Shown here piece after piece: positions 9,495 through 18,804 of a stretch of DNA of 64,000 nt. Position 1 is the stretch's first letter. Every line of letters starts with the position of its first letter. The position numbers were made by a program, and so were the translations under genes. The notes below the pieces were generated by a model. It worked only from the letters and a program-made list of their open reading frames with translations, had not been told where the DNA came from and ran no database searches. The stretch comes from an uncultured Oscillospiraceae bacterium (GTDB lineage: Bacteria > Bacillota > Clostridia > Oscillospirales > Oscillospiraceae). The DNA lies in assembly GCA_964406615.1 (NCBI GenBank), contig CAYOSI010000008.1:4031-68030 (forward strand), written 5' to 3'.

Positions 9495-10898
9495 TTATTT
9501 TTTTGCGGCCGTTTTGGAGGCCATCCAGGCGGCTTCGCCCTCTCTGGCTGCGGAGGCGACGAGAGAACCGAGTGCGATCAGCGCGATGGCGTTCGGCAGG
9601 ACCATCAAATAGTTGAAGAAGTCGGTCAGCTCCCAGACGAGGTCATTCGACAGAAGCGAGCCGAGGAAGATGAACGCGATGGCGACGACGGCATAGATGA
9701 GCAGAGCGGCCTTCTTATTCTTGAAGAGATACTGGACGTTCAGTTTGCCGAAGAGGTTCCAGCCGAGGATCGTAGAGAACGCAAAGAACAGCAAGCAGAC
9801 CGCGACAAACGCGCTGCCGATGCCGGAGCCGAATACCATTCCGAAGGAGAGCTGGGCCATGTTGGTCTTGGCGATTCCTTCCGCCGCGCCGGCGGCGAGA
9901 GGGCCGCTGCCCGCGTACAGACAGGAGATAACGACGAGCGCCGTCATGGTCAGAACGACGAAGGTATCGATGAACACGCCGATCATGGCGACCACGCCCT
10001 GATCGTGAGCATTGTCAACCTTTGCGATCGCATGGGCGTGAGGCGTGGAGCCCATGCCGGCTTCGTTGGAGAACAGGCCGCGCTTGGCGCCCTGGCTGAC
10101 TGCGGTCTTAAGGGCTGCGCCGACGCCGCCGCCGATAATGGCCTGCGGCATGAAGGCATACTTGAAGATCATGCCGACTGCGGCGGGGAGATACTGGATG
10201 CGGGCGGCCAGGATGACGAGTCCGCCGAGGATGTAAAGGCAGGCCATGAGGGGGACGAGCTTCTCGGTGACGGAAGCGATGCGCTGAATGCCGCCGAGGA
10301 AGATGAGAGCCGCGACCGCGGCAACGACGATGCCCACGACCCAGCCGGGGATGCCGAACGCATTGGCGCAGGACTCGGCGATGGAGTTCGACTGGACCAT
10401 GCAGCCCATGAAGCCGAGGGCGAGAATGATCGCGACGGAGAAGAAACCCGCCAAGAACCTGCCGAAGCCGTTCGGGAAAGCTTTGCGGATGTAATAGACC
10501 GGGCCGCCGGAGACGTTGCCGTCCGCATCAACCTCGCGGGTCTTTTGGGCAAGGACAGCTTCCGCATAGATGGTGGCCATGCCGAGAAAGGCGATGATCC
10601 ACATCCAGAAGATAGCGCCGGGGCCACCGGTCAGGATTGCACCGCAGGCGCCGACGATGTTGCCGGTGCCGACCTGCGCGGCGATCGCGGTGGTCAGGGC
10701 CTGGAAGGAGCTGATGCCGCCCTTCTGTGAACCGCCGTGGAGGGAAAAGTTTCCGAAAACCTTTTTAATCCCCTCGCCGAAGCAGCGGAGCTGCACAAAG
10801 CGGGTGCGGATGGTGAAATAGATGCCCGTGCCGATCAGCAGGACGATCAGGATGTAGTCTGCGAGATACCCGTTGACAGTCTGTACAAATGGAAGCAT
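9495..10898 (-). CDS. alanine/glycine:cation symporter (AGCS family)
   Basis: Multi-TM protein with FQALTTAIAAQVGTGNIVG. ATG at 10898 is preceded by AGAGGA. The longer ORF running to 10994 would extend into the riboswitch. Confidence 0.9.
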   Translation of the reverse strand: MLPFVQTVNGYLADYILIVLLIGTGIYFTIRTRFVQLRCFGEGIKKVFGNFSLHGGSQKGGISSFQALTTAIAAQVGTGNIVGACGAILTGGPGAIFWMWIIAFLGMATIYAEAVLAQKTREVDADGNVSGGPVYYIRKAFPNGFGRFLAGFFSVAIILALGFMGCMVQSNSIAESCANAFGIPGWVVGIVVAAVAALIFLGGIQRIASVTEKLVPLMACLYILGGLVILAARIQYLPAAVGMIFKYAFMPQAIIGGGVGAALKTAVSQGAKRGLFSNEAGMGSTPHAHAIAKVDNAHDQGVVAMIGVFIDTFVVLTMTALVVISCLYAGSGPLAAGAAEGIAKTNMAQLSFGMVFGSGIGSAFVAVCLLFFAFSTILGWNLFGKLNVQYLFKNKKAALLIYAVVAIAFIFLGSLLSNDLVWELTDFFNYLMVLPNAIALIALGSLVASAAREGEAAWMASKTAAKK

Positions 10899-10930
10899 GA
10901 GACAAGTCCTCTCTTGTAAATGATGGCAAC

Positions 10931-10961
10931 AAAATACCGCCGGGGGACAATCCTCCGACGG
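10931..10961 (-). terminator. terminator of the riboswitch expression platform
   Basis: On the minus strand CCGTCGGAGG-ATTGT-CCCCCGGCGG is followed by TATTTTGTT, about 30 nt before the RBS. Confidence 0.5.
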
Positions 10962-11004
10962 CTCACGATACGACGCCGGGCATATGCCCCGCACCGTGCT
11001 GTGA

Positions 11005-11100
11005 TCCGTCCTTTTGCCTGAGAGATTCAGCGGCTCTGACGAGCACGCCTTGCACCTTCGGCACCCCGCCCGAAGCGGGGGTTCTCGGGATTCTCCTCCA
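11005..11100 (-). promoter_or_regulatory. glycine riboswitch (single aptamer)
   Basis: The minus strand reads GGAGGAGAATCCCGAG...GGGGTGCCGAAGGTGCAAGG...AATCTCTCAGGCAAAAGGACGGA. This matches the conserved GGAGAG / CCGAAGGxGCAA / CTCAGGCAAAAGGAC core, and it lies upstream of an AGCS symporter. Confidence 0.75.
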
Positions 11101-11271
11101 CTTCCTGTTCCGTGAGGTTCAAGAAGCTTCTATGGAAATATTCTGTTTGCGAGGGCTATTATGCACGACACAAGGACGTTTGTCAATAGCAAAAGAACGT
11201 TTTTGCAAAAAATGCAGAATCGGGTGGTCAGTCCTTATCCGCGCAGAGGGAAATACCGGCAGGCGCCGTTG

Positions 11272-12303
11272 TTACCAGATGCCCAGGATATGCTGGAGCA
11301 GAAGACTCACGCCGGTGATGCCGAGCCAGCAGCAGGCGCCGAGCGCCAGCGGTTTCCCGCCGGTCCGGATGAGCTTCACGATGTCGGTGCCCAGGCCGAT
11401 GGCCGCCATGGCCCAGACAATAAAGAACTTGCTCAGCGATTTGATCGGACTGAAAACGTCGGCGGAGACGCCCAGCCGGAGGGCGATGGTGGTGATGATG
11501 GAGGCCGCGATGAAGTAGAGGATGAAGAAGGGGAAAATCTGACGGAAGCTAACCTTCTGTCCGGCGGCATTCTGTTCCCGGCGGCTGCGGATGAGCGCCA
11601 GCACAAGCGTGATGGGGATGATCGCCAGTGTGCGCGTAAGCTTTACAGTGACCGCTTTATCAAGCGTCTCGGTGCCGAGGCCCCACATGCCGTCCCAAGT
11701 GGAGGCCGCCGCCGTGACGGAGGAGGTATCGTTTACCGCGGTGCCGGCGAAAATGCCGAAGGCGTCGCCGCTGACGGTGCTGAAGCCCAGCGCCCGGCCG
11801 AGGAACGGAAACAGGATCGCTGCGAGCACGTTGTAGAAGAAAATGACCGAGATGGCCTGCGCGACCTCCTCGTCGTCCGCGTCGATGACCGGCGCCGTCG
11901 CGGCAATGGCGGAGCCGCCGCAGATCGAAGAGCCTACGCCCACGAGCGTGGAGATCCTGCCGGGGATGCGCATGACCTTATGCAGAACGAAGGCGATGAT
12001 GAGAGAGGTGGCGATGGTGCAGACGATGATCGGAAGCGACTGCTTGCCAGTCTGCCAAATGACGCCGAGGTCGAGGCCGAAGCCCAAAAGAATGACCGCC
12101 CATTGCAGGATTTTCTTGGAGGTGAATTTAATGCCCGGCTCAAAGCCCGCCTTGTTCTTCCATACCAGCGTGACGATCATGCCGGCCAGAATGGCGATCA
12201 CCGCGCCGCCGATGATGGGAAACAGCCTGCCCAGCAGCCATGAGGGTACCGCAATGGCAAGGCACAGCAGCAGACCTTTTGTGTTCTTCTTCCAAAATTC
12301 CAT
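11272..12303 (-). CDS. YeiH/UPF0324-type putative sulfate-exporter family membrane protein
   Basis: 343 aa and polytopic. Family recognised from the overall pattern ([16 protein letters not shown]...). Confidence 0.8.
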   Translation of the reverse strand: MEFWKKNTKGLLLCLAIAVPSWLLGRLFPIIGGAVIAILAGMIVTLVWKNKAGFEPGIKFTSKKILQWAVILLGFGLDLGVIWQTGKQSLPIIVCTIATSLIIAFVLHKVMRIPGRISTLVGVGSSICGGSAIAATAPVIDADDEEVAQAISVIFFYNVLAAILFPFLGRALGFSTVSGDAFGIFAGTAVNDTSSVTAAASTWDGMWGLGTETLDKAVTVKLTRTLAIIPITLVLALIRSRREQNAAGQKVSFRQIFPFFILYFIAASIITTIALRLGVSADVFSPIKSLSKFFIVWAMAAIGLGTDIVKLIRTGGKPLALGACCWLGITGVSLLLQHILGIW

Positions 12304-12341
12304 CTTCCAAACCTCGTTCGTTTCCGGTAGTAATGGTCCGA

Positions 12342-12815
12342 TTATACATGAGGTTCCCGGAAAAAGGAAATCTTTTTTTGAAGCAGTCCGCGGCAGCCCT
12401 CCTCCACATCCTGCCAGGTGGCCTCAAAGTCGCCGGTGTACCACGGGTCGGCCACCTCGCCGGGGCGGTCCGTAAAATCCATCAGGAGGCATATTTTACC
12501 GGCGGGGTCGCCGCCGCAGATGCGGCGCATATGGCGCAGATTCGCCCGATCCATGCCGATCAGAAGGTCATATTTTTCGTAATCGTCGTTCCGGAGCTGA
12601 CGGGCCGTTTTGCCGGTGCAGTCGATGCCGTGCTCAGCCAGCTTGCGGCGGGCCGGCGGATAGACAGGGTTTCCGATCTCCTCCGTGCTGGTGGCCGCGG
12701 ATTCGATTTGAAATTCCCGCTCCAGGCCGGCCTTCTTCACCATATCCTTCATCACAAACTCAGCCATGGGGCTTCTGCAAATGTTGCCGTGGCAAATGAA
12801 TAGAATTTTTATCAT
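12342..12815 (-). CDS. low-molecular-weight protein-tyrosine phosphatase
   Basis: The N-terminal P-loop [19 protein letters not shown] carries the CX5R(S) signature. The first 19 nt after the att core belong to the inserted element (see findings). Confidence 0.9.
   Translation of the reverse strand: MIKILFICHGNICRSPMAEFVMKDMVKKAGLEREFQIESAATSTEEIGNPVYPPARRKLAEHGIDCTGKTARQLRNDDYEKYDLLIGMDRANLRHMRRICGGDPAGKICLLMDFTDRPGEVADPWYTGDFEATWQDVEEGCRGLLQKKISFFREPHV
12785..12796. repeat. att core copy (left junction)
   Basis: TGCCGTGGCAAA, identical to 59943-59954. Confidence 0.6.
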
Positions 12816-12865
12816 GATTTATAACCCTTTATTAAGCTTTATCCCCCTATTTATCGTACATACTA

Positions 12866-12912
12866 TCTAAAAATCGGAGGGCTGCATTGTGCATATCTCT
12901 ATGCAGCCCTCC
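12866..12912 (-). terminator. intrinsic terminator after int
   Basis: 12-bp perfect stem GGAGGGCTGCAT / ATGCAGCCCTCC, followed on the minus strand by ATTTTTA. Confidence 0.65.
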
Positions 12913-12930
12913 ATAAGTTCACGGGCAAAT

Positions 12931-12990
12931 GGTGTAAAAGTGGTGTAAACAGGGGGTCATTGGTGTAAAAATGGTGTAAATTTGGTGTAC
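12931..12990 (+). repeat. five phased GGTGTA(A/C) direct repeats (candidate integrase arm-type sites)
   Basis: Copies start at 12931, 12942, 12962, 12973 and 12984, with spacings of 11, 20, 11 and 11 nt. They sit just beyond the int stop codon. Confidence 0.55.
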
Positions 12991-13015
12991 GGTTCCGAGG
13001 CCGGCTTTCCCAGTG

Positions 13016-14179
13016 TTACTGCGCCTTTGCGACGATCTCGCTGTAGGATTTTTCCGCCGCGTCGTAGCTCAGATGGGCATATATGCGCAAAGTTGTGCCC
13101 ACGTCAGCGTGGCCCATCAGGTACTGGAGCTCCTTCACTGGCATGCCCGCCTGGGACATCCGGGTGCAGAAGGTGTGGCGGAACACATGGGGCGTCGCCA
13201 CCAGGTTCTCGTGATAGGTCTCGTTGTACTTATCCACGATCCGCTTGAGGGCGTGCTCGAAATGCCCGGCCACCTTGGGCTTGTCCTGCTGATCCAGGAA
13301 GAGAAATCCGGTCACTCCATCCACGATCATCTCGATCTTCGGCTTCTTTCGATCCCGGATGACTCTCTTGAAGGCCTGGTAAACCTTTTCGTCGGTGAGG
13401 GGGATGTACCGGATCCCGCTGGCGGTCTTGGGCTTTTCGGTATAGTACTCGCAGTGCTTCGTCCGCACCAGCTGGTGCTCCACCCGCAGGCGGCGTTTCT
13501 TGAAATCCACATCGGCGATCGTGAGGCCGCACAGCTCGCTGATCCGCAGTCCGGTGCCAAGCAGGATGACAACAACGTCATAGTACCGCCGGCGGCACTT
13601 GTCCTCCTGGATGAAAGCCAGGAGCTTTTCCTCTTCTTCCACGGTGAGCGGCCTGCGCTCCACGGTGTCGTCGGGGATCACCTTCGTCAGCGTGAACGCG
13701 AAAGGGTTCTTCCGCAGAACATCCTCCTCAACCGCCATGTCGAAGGCGGGCTTGATCACGCCGCGGATGCTCTGGATCGTGCTGTACCGGCGACCGTCGT
13801 TGTGTAGCCTTATGAACCACTCCTTGGCGTCGGAGGGCTTGATCGTGTTGATTTTCCGGAAACAGAAGTCCTCGTCCTGCAAAATGTTCTGGACAAAATC
13901 GTAGTTGAGCTTGGTGTTGTATCGCATACCCTGCTTTTGGGCCAGGTACTTCTTTACGAGCTCCAGCAGGGTGATCTCACCGGCTTGATAATCCAGACCG
14001 TCGTTAAAGGCTTTTTCGATCACCTTTTCCTTATCCCGCAGATCTTCCAGTGTGTTGGCATAAACGTATTTGCGCTTGCCTCGGATATCCGTGTATCTGT
14101 ATTGGTAGTTGCCGTCGGACCGCTGGCTCTCGCCGTCCTTCAGGACACGGCCCCGGCTGTCTTTGCGCTTTTCAGACAT
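13016..14179 (-). CDS. int: tyrosine recombinase, Tn916-Int family
   Basis: The N-terminus MSEKRKDSRGRVLKDGESQRSDGNYQYRY closely resembles the Tn916 Int arm-binding domain. The C-terminal catalytic region reads HVFRHTFCT...LMGHADVGTTLRIYAH. Confidence 0.92.
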   Translation of the reverse strand: MSEKRKDSRGRVLKDGESQRSDGNYQYRYTDIRGKRKYVYANTLEDLRDKEKVIEKAFNDGLDYQAGEITLLELVKKYLAQKQGMRYNTKLNYDFVQNILQDEDFCFRKINTIKPSDAKEWFIRLHNDGRRYSTIQSIRGVIKPAFDMAVEEDVLRKNPFAFTLTKVIPDDTVERRPLTVEEEEKLLAFIQEDKCRRRYYDVVVILLGTGLRISELCGLTIADVDFKKRRLRVEHQLVRTKHCEYYTEKPKTASGIRYIPLTDEKVYQAFKRVIRDRKKPKIEMIVDGVTGFLFLDQQDKPKVAGHFEHALKRIVDKYNETYHENLVATPHVFRHTFCTRMSQAGMPVKELQYLMGHADVGTTLRIYAHLSYDAAEKSYSEIVAKAQ

Positions 14180-14283
14180 GAATTTGTATACCTCCTAACA
14201 AATTGAAAAGCGCCTGATATGATAGTTGTAGTCTATCATATCGAGGCGCTGATTTCCAGTGTTGTTTAATGATTTAAAGTATT

Positions 14284-14490
14284 TCAGATCGAATATGCCT
14301 GTTCCAAGTATCGTTCAAAGGCCTTTCGCTTGATCAGACGTTTCGTACCGACCCACAGGACGAAGGGGCAGTTCTTTTCGTCGCTTATGTCGCGGATGCG
14401 GTTGATGCCGATATTGCTGTAGGCAGCGGCCTCCTCCAGGGTGAGGTTCGCCTTCTCCCAGATGGGGACTTCGTACTTCATGGGCGTCAC
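14284..14490 (-). CDS. xis: excisionase, Tn916-Xis family
   Basis: 68 aa. VPIWEKANLTLEEAAAYSNIG...IKRKAFERYL parallels Tn916 Xis (IPIWERYTLTIEEASKYF...IKRKQFEKII). Confidence 0.85.
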   Translation of the reverse strand: MTPMKYEVPIWEKANLTLEEAAAYSNIGINRIRDISDEKNCPFVLWVGTKRLIKRKAFERYLEQAYSI

Positions 14491-15446
14491 CTCTCCAGAC
14501 CGCGAACCTTGTCATGACTCTGGTTCCGCCCGGAATACATGAACACGATTTCCGGCGGGATACGATCCATGATCCTCTGAAGATTCTCGTAGTCGGCGCG
14601 GAGTTTTGCGTCTTCCAGGAGCTTGCGGACGGATTTGTCCTGTGCTTTGTCCAGCTCCACCTGAAGCTCAGCATTATCCGTTCGCAGAGATCGGATGGCG
14701 GCGTCGTACTTCTTTGTCTGGGTCACGAACTTACCCATCGCCGGGAAGAATTTCTTGAGGGCGGCCTCCAGCTCCTCAGCCACCTTCTTGGAGTTGAAGG
14801 GATTGATGCTGTCCAGCAGACCCAGGATATATTCTCCCTGCTTGTTGAGGTGAGCAGCCTGTTTGTAGACCCGGGGCGGGATATGATCCCGGCCGGTCAC
14901 GCTGGCGCTCTCGCCGCGCTCAAGCTCCGGGTACTTCTGGACCATATGGGTCCAGAACTCATCCTGCCATTCCGTCAGACGTTTCTTGTTGCCCACGATC
15001 TCCTTGGCGCAGAGGCGGCCGTCTGCCGTGATGGGCACAAACGTCATGTGTAAATGTGGTGTCTTTTCATCCATGTGGATGACCGCAGAGACGAAGTTTT
15101 CTTTGCCGATCTTCTCCTCGAAGAATTTCATGGCGAGCTCGAAGAACTCGCGGACTTCCTTCCTGGACTTGCCCTTGAAGAAGTGAGGGCTGGCAGTGAC
15201 CAGCGTCTCTACGAGCCGGACGCTGTCAGACCGGGTGCGGCATCCGACCTCGGCGATACGCTTCTCGGCCATGGCACGGTATTTGTCGGTAGGCTCAACC
15301 AGATGGATGTTGTACTTTGACCGGCTGGTGTCCACGTCCGGGTTGCTGGCGTAGGTCTCTTTGGTTCGCTCGTCATGGGCCTCGATCTTACTGATCTCCG
15401 GGCCTTTATATTTCTTGAAACGCATGATGGCATAGGAGGGAGGCAT
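14487..15446 (-). CDS. MobV-family relaxase (Mob_Pre / plasmid recombination enzyme)
   Basis: N-terminal SYAIMRFKKYK...HDER and the HxDExxPHxH motif (VIHMDEKTPHLHMTFVP). Confidence 0.85.
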   Translation of the reverse strand: MPPSYAIMRFKKYKGPEISKIEAHDERTKETYASNPDVDTSRSKYNIHLVEPTDKYRAMAEKRIAEVGCRTRSDSVRLVETLVTASPHFFKGKSRKEVREFFELAMKFFEEKIGKENFVSAVIHMDEKTPHLHMTFVPITADGRLCAKEIVGNKKRLTEWQDEFWTHMVQKYPELERGESASVTGRDHIPPRVYKQAAHLNKQGEYILGLLDSINPFNSKKVAEELEAALKKFFPAMGKFVTQTKKYDAAIRSLRTDNAELQVELDKAQDKSVRKLLEDAKLRADYENLQRIMDRIPPEIVFMYSGRNQSHDKVRGLER

Positions 15447-15664
15447 TACACATCCCTCCTCTGCCAGACGATGTCATACCCCAGCACGTCGGCGATCTCC
15501 ATCGCTTCGTCGTACCGGAGGGAACCCCGGCTCAGCTTGCCGGAGAGGTTCGATACGCTGTCGCTGCGGCCATATTTGAGGTGGAGCATCTCCACCAGGT
15601 CCCTCATGGTCATCCCGACCAGTATGATTTTAGATTTGATAAAATTGCGCAAGTTAAACTCCAT
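15446..15664 (-). CDS. small helix-turn-helix protein
   Basis: 72 aa with an XRE-like pattern (MTMRDLVEML...NLSGKLSRGSLRYDEAMEIADVLG). Its stop overlaps the mob start. No clear RBS. Confidence 0.55.
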   Translation of the reverse strand: MEFNLRNFIKSKIILVGMTMRDLVEMLHLKYGRSDSVSNLSGKLSRGSLRYDEAMEIADVLGYDIVWQRRDV

Positions 15665-16078
15665 AAATAAAAATACCTATAAATAGCGGAACAGCGAACC
15701 GGGCTCATCATGATGTGAACCTCGTTCGCTGTTTAGTGGTTTCAGGGGAACTTGCTGTTTGCGCTCCCGCTACGGACAACGATGCTTTGCTCATAGGCGG
15801 CATCGTTTGAGTTGTCTGATAAGTGTCTTTATTCATGGATCCGTGCAAACCCTCACGGGATCGTGGATCCCGTTCGCGGATCAGAGAATCGCGGTTCCGC
15901 ATACTCTGTACACTCCCGCGCCAATGTTTTCGCTGTTCTCACCTCCTTCGGACTGACTATGGGTTTTACAAGTCATTTCTATATAAGGATAAAACCACGC
16001 TGACCTCATTTCCTCGCATACATACGTACCGGCGTACGCTTGTACGTATGTACGTTTGATTTCGAAGTCAGGGTGGTT

Positions 16079-17479
16079 TTACGACGTAGGCGTCACCAAT
16101 GGCTTGATACCCCAGTAACCCCATACCCGGCGGCCCTGGGCGTTGGTGACCTTGTTGTTGTACTCGACGCCGTAATCCTCCTGGTGGCCGATGAGGTACA
16201 TACCGAAGCTCCGGGCGGGTCGGGGTTTGAATGCGTTGTCCTCGCACCACAGGCAGTAGATGTCATACAGCTGTTTGGCCGTGATCTTCTCGCCTGACTC
16301 AAAGGCTATGTATCCCTCGGAGCTCAGAAAGTCAAGGATGTTGTTGGCGTCCTTCTTGACCTCGGTGAGGTTTGCCTGGGCACGGTCGCTGACGGTGAAA
16401 GCGTAGTCGTTGGCGATGAGCCGTCGCAACCCCTCCAGCGCCCAGAGGACGATACCCTCCGCCTCGGCGCACATCTTCTCCGCCAGGAAAGGATCGTCCT
16501 TTCGGTCGGCAGGCTTGTCCCGGGTAGAGAGGATCAGCTGTCGGCGGTAGAAGCCGTCGCTGTGGTCGTACAGGGATTGCAGGTCGCCGTTGCCGAAGGC
16601 CATGAACCGGACGAAGATCTGCCCCTGGTAGCTCTGGACGCCCTTGCGCTCCAGATCCATAGGCATCTCCGCCGTGACGATGGACTTAACGTGATGGGTC
16701 TGGGCCAGAGCCTCCAGCTTCATGTCATCGTCCACCATCACCAGCTCGTGCTCAAGGTCCGCCCGGGCGAAGGGGCTGGCCTCCACCTTGGCGATGCTGC
16801 CGTTTTTCATGTTCTTACCGAAGATGGCCTGCATGACGAGACCGATCCGGCTCTTGCCCTCGCCGCCCTTGCCCTTGAGTACGAGCATCTTCTGGCCCTT
16901 TGTGCTGGGGATGAGGCAGTAGCCCATGTACTCCTGCAGGGTGGGGATGTCGTCCGGGTACAGGAGCTCGTCCAGAAAATGCAACCAGGTAACTGGCGCC
17001 GGCGCATCTTGGTCATATCGGATCGGGAGCCGGTTAAGGCAGTAGTCCTTTTCCTCGGTGAAGCCGCCGTCCAGCATCAGCGTACCGTTGGCGAAGTGGA
17101 TGCGATCCTGCTGTATGGGCAGCGGCGGCGACCAGCACTCGATCCGCAGAGCGTTTAGGAGGTTCCGGGCCGTCTTGGCGAGGCCTGTGGTCAACACGGG
17201 CTTGATCTTATCGAGGATCTGCTTGCGTATCTCATCCTCGTCTGTGATAGGGCCGTCCACGGTGAAGAACTCGCCGCGGATGCAGATCATGGGATGCTCC
17301 CGCAGAAACTCCGCGCAGAACTTCACCTCGTCCAGGTGCTTGCCGTCGTACCACGCCGGGTACTCGGGTTCGTCGGGTTCGTCGTCCTCGTCCTCGGCTT
17401 CTTCGATTTCTGTGATCTCGTCATCATCATTGTCTTCGATCTCGTGCCACTCACCTTCGATAACCTTCGATTCATCCAT
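16079..17479 (-). CDS. phage/plasmid primase-helicase (P4 / D5 family)
   Basis: 466 aa with an acidic N-terminus and a Walker A motif (LVLKGKGGEGKSRIG) in a D5-type NTPase context. Confidence 0.8.
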   Translation of the reverse strand: MDESKVIEGEWHEIEDNDDDEITEIEEAEDEDDEPDEPEYPAWYDGKHLDEVKFCAEFLREHPMICIRGEFFTVDGPITDEDEIRKQILDKIKPVLTTGLAKTARNLLNALRIECWSPPLPIQQDRIHFANGTLMLDGGFTEEKDYCLNRLPIRYDQDAPAPVTWLHFLDELLYPDDIPTLQEYMGYCLIPSTKGQKMLVLKGKGGEGKSRIGLVMQAIFGKNMKNGSIAKVEASPFARADLEHELVMVDDDMKLEALAQTHHVKSIVTAEMPMDLERKGVQSYQGQIFVRFMAFGNGDLQSLYDHSDGFYRRQLILSTRDKPADRKDDPFLAEKMCAEAEGIVLWALEGLRRLIANDYAFTVSDRAQANLTEVKKDANNILDFLSSEGYIAFESGEKITAKQLYDIYCLWCEDNAFKPRPARSFGMYLIGHQEDYGVEYNNKVTNAQGRRVWGYWGIKPLVTPTS

Positions 17480-17497
17480 GGTGTTTACTCGCCTCCT

Positions 17498-17698
17498 TCA
17501 TACACGCGAAAGCCCACCGACGCAGGCACACATATAATGGTCCCGCAGTCGATAGGCTTTCTTCGGTTTTCGTTCGACAGGTTTCGCCGGACTTCGCGGC
17601 GGCGCCGTCGTATGCTGTGTCGTAACAGGGTGTCGGATGTCGTTTGGCGTCGGCCCCCGGGCGCGGACACCGACCAGGTTAGGCTTGCGGTGGTTCAT
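17498..17698 (-). CDS. possible small basic protein upstream of the primase
   Basis: 66 aa. Strong RBS GGGAGGTGTTCCC precedes the ATG, and the ORF ends 19 nt before the primase start. The Pro/Arg/Thr-rich composition is not clearly protein-like. Confidence 0.3.
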   Translation of the reverse strand: MNHRKPNLVGVRARGPTPNDIRHPVTTQHTTAPPRSPAKPVERKPKKAYRLRDHYMCACVGGLSRV

Positions 17699-17826
17699 GG
17701 GAACACCTCCCGATACAAAAATTGAGGGACGCTGCCTTCGCGCCCCTCTGACCTATTATACCGGGTTAGTTTCCGCTACCTTTCAAATTCGATATTATTG
17801 CAATTTTACAAGGCTATGGAGAGGCC

Positions 17827-17850
17827 AGAAATTGCAAATTTGCAATTTCT
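17827..17850. promoter_or_regulatory. 24-bp perfect palindrome (candidate operator) in the divergent control region
   Basis: AGAAATTGCAAATTTGCAATTTCT is its own reverse complement. A third half-site, ATTGCAATTTTA, lies at ~17797-17808. Confidence 0.55.
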
Positions 17851-17970
17851 GACCATGTAATCCACCTGGCTGTCCGTTTTAATGTCCTGCCAGGAGCGTA
17901 CGATGAGGGTGGGCCACCGGGTCCGCAATAATACAGAAACCGTTTCCAAAAAGCAAAGGAGGGCAGTGTC

Positions 17971-18804
17971 ATGCCATATCTCAAGGGTAACATACAAGAT
18001 CGGATCACGGATCTGCGGGAGCAAAACGGATGGTCGAAGACAGAGCTGGCGGAGCGTATCGGTATCGACGCCTCCCGCATGGGGCGGATCGAGTCCGGCG
18101 AGACGAAGAGCGTCGGCGACGATGTGATCCTCGCGCTGGCAAAGGCCTTCGGCGTGTCCACGGATTTCCTGCTGGGCGTCAGCGATGATCCCGAGCCGAA
18201 CAATTATAACATCAAGGATCTGGGGCTGAGCATCGAGGCGGCAAAGAATCTGTATACGGAGAAGATCGACCCGGACGTGCTGAACCTCATGATGGAGGAT
18301 CCGCGGTTCGGAACGCTGACCTACATGATCAGTCGCTACCTCCATGACGTTATGGCCGAGGGATACAAAGCGCAGAGCAAGCTGTACAACATGACCGCTG
18401 CCATGATCGCCGGGATGAATCTGCCCGGAGCGCGGCCGGCGGCGCAGGAGATCATCTCCTACCGCCCTGATGTACAGACAGAACTCACTCTCATCGAAAA
18501 CGGATTTGCCGCGATCGTAAAGGACATCAAAAAGAAGATCAGCGGAAAAGTCGCGGAGAGCCGCGCCGAGGTTTTGACCAAGAGCGTATTCGTTCAGATA
18601 AAGAACGAACTGCAGAAAGGCGTCGGCAGACAGTCTCTGCGGAAGATCACTGCCAACCAGTTGGCGGACGCCGTGGTCACGGCCATGTCCGATTTTGATG
18701 GCGTGACACCCGAGATGCAGAAGAATTTGAAGGCGGCGCTGCTCCCGTATTTTTCAAAACCACTCAAGAGGAAGATGGATGACAAACGAGGAACTATGCG
18801 TTAA
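17971..18804 (+). CDS. XRE-family transcriptional regulator with long C-terminal domain
   Basis: HTH ITDLREQNGWSKTELAERIGIDASRMGRIESGE. RBS AAAGGAGGG. Confidence 0.85.
   Translation: MPYLKGNIQDRITDLREQNGWSKTELAERIGIDASRMGRIESGETKSVGDDVILALAKAFGVSTDFLLGVSDDPEPNNYNIKDLGLSIEAAKNLYTEKIDPDVLNLMMEDPRFGTLTYMISRYLHDVMAEGYKAQSKLYNMTAAMIAGMNLPGARPAAQEIISYRPDVQTELTLIENGFAAIVKDIKKKISGKVAESRAEVLTKSVFVQIKNELQKGVGRQSLRKITANQLADAVVTAMSDFDGVTPEMQKNLKAALLPYFSKPLKRKMDDKRGTMR

Noticed and set aside
9105-10730. 541-aa plus-strand ORF
   Set aside because: It runs antisense to the AGCS symporter and has a Gly/Asp/Arg/Ala-rich composition without motifs.
11101-11200. Second (tandem) glycine aptamer upstream of the first
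   Set aside because: No second GGAGAG / CCGAAGG / CTCAGGCAAAAGGAC set is visible on the minus strand.
12816-13015. tRNA/tmRNA gene as the integration target
   Set aside because: No cloverleaf-compatible sequence or CCA-type end is present. The duplicated sequence is instead the 5' end of the phosphatase ORF.
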